IMG/VR virus record: IMGVR_UViG_3300045988_172855 | Direction: 5' to 3' (one strand) | DNA from: a virus | Length of the DNA stretch: 64,000 bases | Shown: in pieces, positions 9,716-17,658 of the stretch | How the letters are laid out: every line of letters starts with the position of its first letter | Numbering within the stretch: the stretch's first letter is position 1 | The notes under the pieces: generated by a model | What the model saw: the letters and a program-made list of their open reading frames with translations, nothing else | What the model was told of the DNA's origin: nothing | Database searches by the model: none | Translations under genes and position numbers: made by a program

Positions 9716-10565
9716 CCTTTATATGTTCCATTGTCAACGAATTTACGAAATTATCAATCAATTTATCTATTTCTCGATACTTTCTGACTTGCTTCCAATC
9801 TTCAATATCGACTTCCTTATGAATCCCCATTAATGCTCCAAATAAAGCTGCATTTGTATCCGTATCAAATCCTAAATTCACTACGTCACAAAGGTCTTCT
9901 TTTAAGGTAGAACTCTTTGTTCTCAATTTCAAATAATTATCTAAAATCAAGTTATATGTATTAATAACATCTCCTCGATTTTGATAACTATCAACCGAAA
10001 AATCGAACTTGATATTTTCTTGCGGTAAAGCTCTCAACAATTTTTCAAGTAAGCAACAATAATTACCACCAAACTTAAAACAATTAGGATTATTATGAGT
10101 GAATAAGCTAAAAAAGTTGAATAAACTCATAGTCTCTGAAGCTACGAACTCCTTTTTCGTAGATCTATAAATTGCAACAGGAAGAGCATAAAACATTGCA
10201 CCGTTTCCCATCGAATCTGTTCTCGGACAACCATTCCTCATAATAGAAGATGATGTTTGCGATCCTATATCGAATAATCCTTCTCCTGCATTGAAACCTT
10301 TATTATGATACCAATCCTTTAGATTATCTCTCATTTTATTAAAAACATCCATCATATTATTCGTCTTAATAGAAAGTGCATCTATAAGACATAACAGAAT
10401 AGATGTATCGTCAGACCAAGTGCCAATCGGTTGATTATGATATCCTCCTTTTGAAAATCCGACGCAATTAAATTTGGTCGGATTTTGAAATTCAAAAGGA
10501 ACTCCTAAAGCATCGCCAATTATATAAGCTCTGATACTATTCTTTATCTTTTCTATCGTTTTCAT
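9708..10565 (-). CDS. ADP-ribosylglycohydrolase (ARH/DraG family)
   Basis: N-terminal IIGDALGVPFEF, WSDDTS, and C-terminal GFDTDTNAALFGALMG are the hallmark ARH metal-binding motifs. Confidence 0.85.
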   Translation of the reverse strand: MKTIEKIKNSIRAYIIGDALGVPFEFQNPTKFNCVGFSKGGYHNQPIGTWSDDTSILLCLIDALSIKTNNMMDVFNKMRDNLKDWYHNKGFNAGEGLFDIGSQTSSSIMRNGCPRTDSMGNGAMFYALPVAIYRSTKKEFVASETMSLFNFFSLFTHNNPNCFKFGGNYCCLLEKLLRALPQENIKFDFSVDSYQNRGDVINTYNLILDNYLKLRTKSSTLKEDLCDVVNLGFDTDTNAALFGALMGIHKEVDIEDWKQVRKYREIDKLIDNFVNSLTMEHIKDV

Positions 10566-10710
10566 CCGTTTCCGAATTTAAGCTGTTTAAAATTAGTCTT
10601 ACAGACTCTGTTTTTAACTTCTCTACTTCTTCTTTAGAAGGTTCACTAACAACTATTGATATTGATTCTCCATCTTCTTCCCATCTAGGATGTACTTTTT
10701 TCTTTGCCAT
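10537..10710 (-). CDS. small ORF (57 aa) overlapping ARH start
   Basis: Own translation: MAKKKVHPRWEEDGESISIVV.... It starts at the first ATG downstream of promoter 10746-10777 and overlaps the ARH start by 29 nt. Just below the track size cut-off. Confidence 0.3.
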   Translation of the reverse strand: MAKKKVHPRWEEDGESISIVVSEPSKEEVEKLKTESVRLILNSLNSETDENDRKDKE

Positions 10711-10745
10711 AATTTTAATTTTTTAATTACTATTCTTTTGAATGC

Positions 10746-10777
10746 CTAAAGATACACCTTTTATTTCATTCGGACAA
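10746..10777 (-). promoter_or_regulatory. Bacteroidota-type promoter (TTG-N20-TATCTTTAG)
   Basis: The - strand reads TTGTCCGAATGAAATAAAAGGTGTATCTTTAGGCAT. Same consensus as about 17 other copies in the window. Confidence 0.6.
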
Positions 10778-10783
10778 CAATTA

Positions 10784-13300
10784 TTAAACAATTTCGACAA
10801 CAATAGAATTTGTTCCTCTTGCAAGTACTTTATACTTTAATCCAGCTTGAGCTAAATATTCACTTTCGACAATATTATCTACATTCATAACCGGATCTCC
10901 TTTCTTAGCTAACAAAGTTAAATGAAGATCTGATCCAAAATCAGTTTCATGTTTCATTCCAAACGATACAAAAGATTTATCTTCAATTACTTGACCTACT
11001 TTTGCATTAAGCCATGTACTAAGATTATCTCCATTCCCTCTAATTTCCAATCTTCTGTTTAATACCATATTTCGCTTCAGAGGATTTTGTTCAATAGCTT
11101 CTTTAATAAGACCTATTCTCGTTTTAGTACTCTCTATTTTTTCTTCTGAAAAGACCTTTGATTTTGGTGATTCTGTTAGAATATCTCTTATTGCCATATA
11201 ACCTGAACCTGTATAATTTTTTATCGCTTTACGTTGATCATCTGTCCATTTGGTCGACGTTTCTTTGGCGTCTTTTTGATATATCTCGAAAAACTTTTCT
11301 TTATCTTCAAATGAATTATTCTTATTAATATACAAATAATCTTCTTTATTGTAATTATGATAAACCAATCCATTTACAACCGGAGCATATCCTCGTGTAA
11401 TTAACATTGCGTTAATTGCTTTTTTATTTTTATCATTAGAAAGACCATATTGCTCTATTATTTCACCAAAATTATAATCATCGATAAAGCCAAATATCTT
11501 TGATTTTAAATCGGAAGTTTTAGAAGACAAATCCTTAGTAAGATATTTATCTGCATCGGATTTCATTTTCTCAACCTCTTCTTTAGCGTAAAGGTTAGAT
11601 AATTCCGATCTCTTTTCATTCCAATCATAAAATTGCTTTACTGTTTCAAAATTCTTACCTTCAGCAAAAGATAATTTCTCTTCTTTCTTTTCTGTTTTCG
11701 TAGATTGTTGTTTATTCAACTCTTCTTTAATGCGTTTCTTAAAATCAACCAACGATTCATAAGGCTTCGACTCTAATTTAAATCCAGGAGAAGTTGCTTT
11801 ATACTGATTATCGCCTTTCATTTTAATAACGACAGTCTTACCGTCTTGTTTAACATAGGTTTGAGTGATTTTCTTAAACCCAGTCATATCGCTTATTTTT
11901 TTATCAATTTCGCCGGTTATTTCTTGTTTTAACTTATCTAATTTATTATCTATAGATTCTTTCTCACTCTCTTTCTTTTTCTTAAATTCTTGAAGCTTTT
12001 CCTGAATTTTATCCAAAACATCCTGATCTAATTCGAGTTCACCTTTTTCTTGAGCTTCAAGAAGATTTTTATAAGCATCTTCTACAGTAAATTGTTTATT
12101 CGATTTATCGTCAGAATCTTGTTGCTCATTTCTTTTATTTAATTCTTCTTGAGCAACTTTCTTTAATTCGGAGTTGGCTTCAGGATCTTTTATAGCCGCT
12201 TTCAATTGTTCGTCTGTTGCAGATGTAGCTTGTTTAGCCAAAATTTCTGTAGAAGATTGTTTTGAAGTCGACTCTTCTTCATTCTTCTTTCCTCCCTTAG
12301 CTTTTGGCTTCCAACCCTTTTCAGTTTTAATATATAATTTACCGCCCCACGTCTTTTCTGTCCCAATAGGTGAACCTTTCTTCGCTTTTTCTATAATTTC
12401 CATAGATTTTGTAATCGTCTGATTATAAATTTTCCACGAATTCAATTTCGCATACTTCATCGCCTCTTTTCTATCTTCTTTCCACTTTTTAACTTCTTCT
12501 GCAGTTCCTTGAGGCTTTTCTTTATTGTAAACGTATTCCCAATCAAAAGATTTCTTATCTTTTTGAGGATATACTGTGACATCTCCGATTGTAAAAGATT
12601 GTTTCTGAACCTCTTTATTCTTCTGTGCTTTTTCTTGTCTTTTATTTTCTAAATAGGATTTGTATTCACTTTTAGTGCGATTAAAATCCATCCACTTTTC
12701 TACAAAAGAATAAAGTAACGCATATTCACTTTCTTCTATCCCTATTTGTTCCAATACTTTTAATATACCCTCTCTTTTAGGTAAATCCAATAGTTCAAAA
12801 TTATTAGACTCTTTTATAATTGTCTCATAATTTTTCTTAGACGAAAGTCTTTCGACATCAGAAATAATCTTTTTTAAATCTTCGGTTTTATAACCGTAAG
12901 CTGTGTTAATTGATATATCTGAAGAACCGTCTCCGTAAAGATTAAAATCAATGCCTAAATCAGTTTCTTTATCCTGATTCTTCTTTGTATGATTCGAAAT
13001 TCTTATATCAAAGTCGCTATTTTTCTTTTTAAATTTAAAATAAGAAGAAGCTGTTGATTTACTTTCAATATATTCATATCTTATCCCCTCATTCTCTAAC
13101 CACTTCTTAAACGACTTAGCGATTTGCTTTGGATTGACATTAGTCATTTCTATAACATCCTGCTTCTTATTGATGATTTTGGAACGACTTTCTATCTCCT
13201 TTTCTTCATAAACGTATCGAAAACCACCTTTCCCATCCGGCTCTTTTCTAATGTATTTATGAAAAATAGCTTTCTCTAAAAGATCTTTGATTTTCTCCAT
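10784..13300 (-). CDS. large virion-module protein with C-terminal ADP-ribosyltransferase (Alt/C3-like R-S-ExE) domain
   Basis: The C-terminus has KNYTGSGYMAIRDIL, NRRLEIRG, KSFVSFG (S-x-S) and VESEYL (ExE, codons 10859-10867). The track start at 13399 runs through the upstream hairpin, so ATG 13300 (MEKIKDLLEK) was used. Confidence 0.75.
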   Translation of the reverse strand: MEKIKDLLEKAIFHKYIRKEPDGKGGFRYVYEEKEIESRSKIINKKQDVIEMTNVNPKQIAKSFKKWLENEGIRYEYIESKSTASSYFKFKKKNSDFDIRISNHTKKNQDKETDLGIDFNLYGDGSSDISINTAYGYKTEDLKKIISDVERLSSKKNYETIIKESNNFELLDLPKREGILKVLEQIGIEESEYALLYSFVEKWMDFNRTKSEYKSYLENKRQEKAQKNKEVQKQSFTIGDVTVYPQKDKKSFDWEYVYNKEKPQGTAEEVKKWKEDRKEAMKYAKLNSWKIYNQTITKSMEIIEKAKKGSPIGTEKTWGGKLYIKTEKGWKPKAKGGKKNEEESTSKQSSTEILAKQATSATDEQLKAAIKDPEANSELKKVAQEELNKRNEQQDSDDKSNKQFTVEDAYKNLLEAQEKGELELDQDVLDKIQEKLQEFKKKKESEKESIDNKLDKLKQEITGEIDKKISDMTGFKKITQTYVKQDGKTVVIKMKGDNQYKATSPGFKLESKPYESLVDFKKRIKEELNKQQSTKTEKKEEKLSFAEGKNFETVKQFYDWNEKRSELSNLYAKEEVEKMKSDADKYLTKDLSSKTSDLKSKIFGFIDDYNFGEIIEQYGLSNDKNKKAINAMLITRGYAPVVNGLVYHNYNKEDYLYINKNNSFEDKEKFFEIYQKDAKETSTKWTDDQRKAIKNYTGSGYMAIRDILTESPKSKVFSEEKIESTKTRIGLIKEAIEQNPLKRNMVLNRRLEIRGNGDNLSTWLNAKVGQVIEDKSFVSFGMKHETDFGSDLHLTLLAKKGDPVMNVDNIVESEYLAQAGLKYKVLARGTNSIVVEIV

Positions 13301-13314
13301 AATAATATAAAATA

Positions 13315-13333
13315 GGAGGAGGATATCTCCTCC
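13315..13333 (-). terminator. short hairpin after Nudix-protein gene
   Basis: GGAGGA..TCCTCC 6-bp stem, followed on the - strand by TATTTTATATTATT. Confidence 0.35.
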
Positions 13334-13338
13334 ATTAA

Positions 13339-15483
13339 TTAATGTAACTGTAAACGATATTTGGTTTGTTTCAATGTAGCAAGGAAATCTTCTGTCCAAG
13401 ACTTTTCACCAACATAATCAGTATGATCATCAATTTTACCATAGAACTTCTTGGTACGATCTATGATCAAATCAATCAAACCAATAGGATCGTTGACTTC
13501 AATTTCTTCACCATTTACAGAACCGTCTTCAAATCGACCAAATTCACTTTGACCTGCTTCCATGATCTTGTCTTCGTAATCAGAAAGTTCCTCAATCAAA
13601 TCATCGAGATAAACGTGTTTGGAATTATCTAACTCTCCCCAATGTACATTTTTTGATCTTGTTTTCGCACCTTCAAGAAAATTAGCATAATCAACGAAAA
13701 CGTTATACATAGCATCTTTAGCTTTTTGAACACCATCGTCTAAAGACGGATCTCTATGAATCTCGTCGTGTATCTCGTCAATACCCCATGCTTTTTCAAT
13801 CTCCTCGTTCTTAGTTTCAATCGAAGCAATATCTAATTTACCTGAATCTTTCATTTCATCAACCAATGACTTAAACATCTCTGCTTGATCTAAATCATTA
13901 AAATTGATTAATATATTGAAACCTTGTACATCGTCTTCAACTTTCTGAGATTTTTCAATATTCTCAGTCTTCTGAAGACTATACATGCGAATATTGCCCT
14001 TAAAATCCCAAGTTTGCTCACCATTTTCTTCTGTAGACAATGTTATAGAAAATTTCCTTCCTAAGTTAGATACCTTTTGTAACGTTCCTAAGAAATCAAA
14101 TAATTTATCACCATTACCACCGTCATTATCGCTATAACCAAAACTTGCATTTCCGTATGTATATTTTTTAGGATTTTCAGTAGCATCGACAACTCTCTCT
14201 ACATACTCAACCTTTTTAAAAGTAATTGCCTTTTCGATACCATCTCCGTCAGGTTTCTTTGTCTCACCCTCAAGACTTTCCTTACAAATTGCATTCACGT
14301 CATTACAATCCATAGTTTTTTCAACCTCGTTCCATGATTCAGGTAATTCGTTTGTTGCACCAAGATCTTTTGCTCTGCGTTTCAAATAAGCAATTACATC
14401 TGATTTAGGAAGGTCTGAATTACCAACCAACTTGATTGCGTTTTTCAGATCAGAACGATTGCGAACAGGAAAACGACCGCCTACCATAGCTTTTCCTTCT
14501 TTCTCAAGTTTTGCACGCTCTTTCTCAGAAATATAAGATTTTGCTATACAAGATAATTCAGGCTTATTGACTTCTTTTTCAATTTCCTCTTTATGTTTTT
14601 TACAAAAATCTTCAAAAATCTTTTCATTGATCTCACCTCGAGCAAATGCCTTTGTTATAATCTGAATAGGTCCTTCCGGACACTCTCTACCAAGAATCTT
14701 TTTGATATTTTCTTTCATATCAAAAATAAAATCGTAGTCATCTAACTCTGTTCTAGTATCGATCCAAGTACTTCCAACTTCTTCTTCGCTATCGACAATA
14801 ATCTGTATAGGCGATTCATCGTCAACGTGACCTAAGAAATAATGAATCTCGTAATCTTTGCCTTTTGCAACACCTGCTTCAATCAAAAGATCTTCGGGGA
14901 TCTCAATACCTGTTTCTTCAAACAATTCTCTTGCGGCTGCTTCGAGAAAACTTTCTCCTGGATCAACGTGACCGCCAGGTATACACCATTGTTGTGTACT
15001 TGCTCCGTATTCACCAGCTCTTTGTAAAATCAAAAGTTTATCACCTCTAAACAACAATACATCGGCATAGCGTACTTTACCAGTCTTAGCCTTGATTATA
15101 TCATTATAAACTGATTTCGAAATATTCCCTTTCTTTAATTCGTTCTTTGCTGAATAGATGTTATAAATATCATTCAAAGTATCACTTATCTCTTTATCGG
15201 CAGATAATTTTGATAACGATTTAAAAATCTGTTCTCTTTTTCTTTGAACAATAGCAATATTTTTAGCATGTTCTTCTAAAAATTCATTATAACGTTTTTC
15301 TGCATCTACTCGCTCCTTCTCATCTAAAGTTGAAAAACTTTTAGCGATTGAACTTTTTTCAGCAAAAAGAGTTGATAAATCACTTATTTCGTTCGCAATC
15401 TCGAAAGATTTCTTCAACAAACTTCTATATTCAGCAACTTTCTCTGAATTAGATTGTAAATTAAATAATTTCTTAATATTCAT
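13339..15483 (-). CDS. 714-aa Nudix-domain protein (virion module)
   Basis: Perfect Nudix box GHVDPGESFLEAAARELFEETGI (14905-14976 also covers the Gly residue before it; fits GX5EX7REUXEEXGU). N-terminal coiled coil. The C-terminal KNVHWGELDN..LDDLIEEL..D.IMEAG is weakly Dps/ferritin-like. Confidence 0.8.
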   Translation of the reverse strand: MNIKKLFNLQSNSEKVAEYRSLLKKSFEIANEISDLSTLFAEKSSIAKSFSTLDEKERVDAEKRYNEFLEEHAKNIAIVQRKREQIFKSLSKLSADKEISDTLNDIYNIYSAKNELKKGNISKSVYNDIIKAKTGKVRYADVLLFRGDKLLILQRAGEYGASTQQWCIPGGHVDPGESFLEAAARELFEETGIEIPEDLLIEAGVAKGKDYEIHYFLGHVDDESPIQIIVDSEEEVGSTWIDTRTELDDYDFIFDMKENIKKILGRECPEGPIQIITKAFARGEINEKIFEDFCKKHKEEIEKEVNKPELSCIAKSYISEKERAKLEKEGKAMVGGRFPVRNRSDLKNAIKLVGNSDLPKSDVIAYLKRRAKDLGATNELPESWNEVEKTMDCNDVNAICKESLEGETKKPDGDGIEKAITFKKVEYVERVVDATENPKKYTYGNASFGYSDNDGGNGDKLFDFLGTLQKVSNLGRKFSITLSTEENGEQTWDFKGNIRMYSLQKTENIEKSQKVEDDVQGFNILINFNDLDQAEMFKSLVDEMKDSGKLDIASIETKNEEIEKAWGIDEIHDEIHRDPSLDDGVQKAKDAMYNVFVDYANFLEGAKTRSKNVHWGELDNSKHVYLDDLIEELSDYEDKIMEAGQSEFGRFEDGSVNGEEIEVNDPIGLIDLIIDRTKKFYGKIDDHTDYVGEKSWTEDFLATLKQTKYRLQLH

Positions 15484-15514
15484 AGCTATTCATATTTTGG
15501 CCTAAATATACGGA

Positions 15515-15961
15515 TTAATTTTTACATCTTATACTTTTAATACAGATATTGTCTGCATAAAAACATCCACCATCAATATCTATATTATAAAAAAATCTAT
15601 TTACAGTCTCCATTCGTTCAATTTGATCGATAACAACATCACCTTCTTTAGACGATAGTATTTGTCCTAATTTTAAGTCCTTTACTTGAGTATCAACTAA
15701 ATATTTCTCACCTTGTCGTTTTACAAGTATAACTTGATCTCCTGAAATACGATCTAAAACTCCTTCTCTATCTTTGTTGTGATAATAGATGTTGAACACT
15801 TTTTCATCAAATCTCGCTGTTCTTTGAAAAATACCTTTTACTTTAGAATAACCCAATGTAGACAATACAATGTCACCAACCTTGAGATCTCTGATAAATT
15901 TATCACCTTCTAATGTTCGAATCTCAATAAAACTAGAATTAAATCCACCCTTCATGTTCAT
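15515..15961 (-). CDS. free-standing Hint (intein/hedgehog-like) domain protein
   Basis: SFIEIRTLEGDKFIRDLKVGDIVL matches Hint block A. FFYNIDIDGGCFYADNICIKS matches blocks F/G. The TxxH position reads SGDQ and there is no terminal HN. Confidence 0.5.
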   Translation of the reverse strand: MNMKGGFNSSFIEIRTLEGDKFIRDLKVGDIVLSTLGYSKVKGIFQRTARFDEKVFNIYYHNKDREGVLDRISGDQVILVKRQGEKYLVDTQVKDLKLGQILSSKEGDVVIDQIERMETVNRFFYNIDIDGGCFYADNICIKSIRCKN

Positions 15962-16511
15962 GATTTGTTGTTACAATAATATCGTTATCTATAAGTAATG
16001 CATATTCAATAGGAAGATCGAGATTATAGATACGACCTTCATAAAATTGCTCCCTATTGTCCATAATCTCAAGTTTTTTTAAATCAAAACTCGTCTCCAT
16101 ACATTTTTCGACACGTTCAACATAATTGTCAATAGATTCATTTTCTTCAGCACATATCAAACATAAACAAGTTGCTTTAGCTAATACATTGTCTTCTGTT
16201 AATTGATCAAAAGTTTTCTCATCTATTATAGGTAAACAATCAGGATGAAAGTAAGTACACGTCAAAAGGTTTTGATCTTTACAACAAATCAAATGTTGAT
16301 CGTCAGATAATGTAATAAAATTAACTGAACCATTATAATCACTTGACGACAAACATCCTTTGATGTAAGTGATACTTCTATTAGGTAAATAAACTATACG
16401 AACATAATCTTCGTCTGTTACTTCGCTGATTTTGATCTTTGGAAAATTCATTTGTCCAAATTCATCTAATCTCAATACAGTTACTAATACATCTCCTCTA
16501 TATCCTGTCAT
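15939..16511 (-). CDS. Hint-like domain protein
   Basis: YRGDVLVTVLRLDEFG..KIKISEV is block A-like. TLSDDQHLI is block B-like. GRIYNLDLPIEYALLIDNDIIVTTN is F/G-like. It overlaps MuF by 4 nt and the next Hint ORF by 23 nt. Confidence 0.4.
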   Translation of the reverse strand: MTGYRGDVLVTVLRLDEFGQMNFPKIKISEVTDEDYVRIVYLPNRSITYIKGCLSSSDYNGSVNFITLSDDQHLICCKDQNLLTCTYFHPDCLPIIDEKTFDQLTEDNVLAKATCLCLICAEENESIDNYVERVEKCMETSFDLKKLEIMDNREQFYEGRIYNLDLPIEYALLIDNDIIVTTNHEHEGWI

Positions 16512-17458
16512 ACTTCAAAAGTTTTATCTCCTACATAAATCTTAACCTTACTTCTTCTTTCGATCTTTGGCTTGTAATCTTTAGGTGGTGCAAAAATCTG
16601 TCTTTCTTCATCCCACACATAACCTTTCGGTAAGTATCGTAATTGGCATCTACAAAACGGATGAATTCCTTGTAGTGTGGGTGCCCAATCTTTCGCTTTT
16701 CTTCCTATATTATCACCATTAGCTATCAAATCAACTAATTTAAACAATCTAGGTTTTGAACCTGAACCATTGGTAGTATAGAGTCTCAAACAGTGTTTGC
16801 ATGCGCCTGGAAAAACTTCCTTGTAAACTAAAGCATCTAACCCATGTTCACTCATTATCGTTTCAGCAATACCGATTTGATAAATGCCTTGCATTTCTGT
16901 CTCGACTATTCTTCCCCAATCTCTGTTCCAATCATTAAGAGAATGTCCTATATTACTTATAATTGATTGAACTGATCTTCTTTTTAAAACACCTTCTGTA
17001 ATTTCTTTCTTTATCGTTCCTAATTCAAGTTGTCTTTGTTGTTCAGTCAATAGCTTTACATCTTCTTGAGAAATTGCATTAGAAAGTATATCTCTCATTC
17101 TTTGACCCATCGTCTTGATATAAGAATACGTTCTTGTTGCTGCAGCATTATAAACAGCCTTTTCTCTCGTAGAAAGTGCTTTAAATTGGTTTCTTTCTAC
17201 AAACAATAAGAAGTCTCTATAATCAACTGATCTCAATTGAGCAGGAGTTAAAACGCCGGATAACCTACCAAAAAGAAATGATTGATAATAAGGTGGAATT
17301 TTTTTCAATTCTTTAGCCCAATCATAACCATTTCTTTTTAACAATTCCTTATCCTCAGGTTTTAATGCATCGCCACCTAATACATCAGCAACTATCCTAG
17401 CTAAACGATAATCAATGATGTCGAATAATCTTTGTATTTCTTCAGGAGTAAAAATCAT
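16508..17458 (-). CDS. head morphogenesis protein, MuF / SPP1 gp7 family
   Basis: The PGACKHC....HPFCRCQLRYLP Cys/His motif is typical of this family, and the gene sits directly after the portal region. Confidence 0.7.
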   Translation of the reverse strand: MIFTPEEIQRLFDIIDYRLARIVADVLGGDALKPEDKELLKRNGYDWAKELKKIPPYYQSFLFGRLSGVLTPAQLRSVDYRDFLLFVERNQFKALSTREKAVYNAAATRTYSYIKTMGQRMRDILSNAISQEDVKLLTEQQRQLELGTIKKEITEGVLKRRSVQSIISNIGHSLNDWNRDWGRIVETEMQGIYQIGIAETIMSEHGLDALVYKEVFPGACKHCLRLYTTNGSGSKPRLFKLVDLIANGDNIGRKAKDWAPTLQGIHPFCRCQLRYLPKGYVWDEERQIFAPPKDYKPKIERRSKVKIYVGDKTFEV

Positions 17459-17658
17459 TGTTTTGATATATTAAGCATTTCTTTTGTCAAGTCGGCCATC
17501 ATATTGTTTGTTTGAGTAGAAAAAATAACTTGCGCTAAGCCTTCATACCCACACTGAACCTTAGGATATCTTATAGGATCCTTTGTATGATATATTATAT
17601 TAGATGTTTTAGCCATCTGCTTTACATCTATACCATTTATGTGTTTTATAGGAGGCAT
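17455..17658 (-). CDS. hypothetical protein
   Basis: Track ORF with an ATG start, coupled between the portal and MuF genes. Confidence 0.5.
   Translation of the reverse strand: MPPIKHINGIDVKQMAKTSNIIYHTKDPIRYPKVQCGYEGLAQVIFSTQTNNMMADLTKEMLNISKQ

Noticed and set aside
13301-13399. N-terminal extension of the ART protein in the track (start 13399). There are similar extensions at 26557..26634, 49453..49476 and 57427..57474.
   Set aside because: The extensions run through terminator hairpins or promoter elements, and several begin at TTG or GTG codons. One is literally the -33 TTG. The first downstream ATG gives a sensible start in each case.
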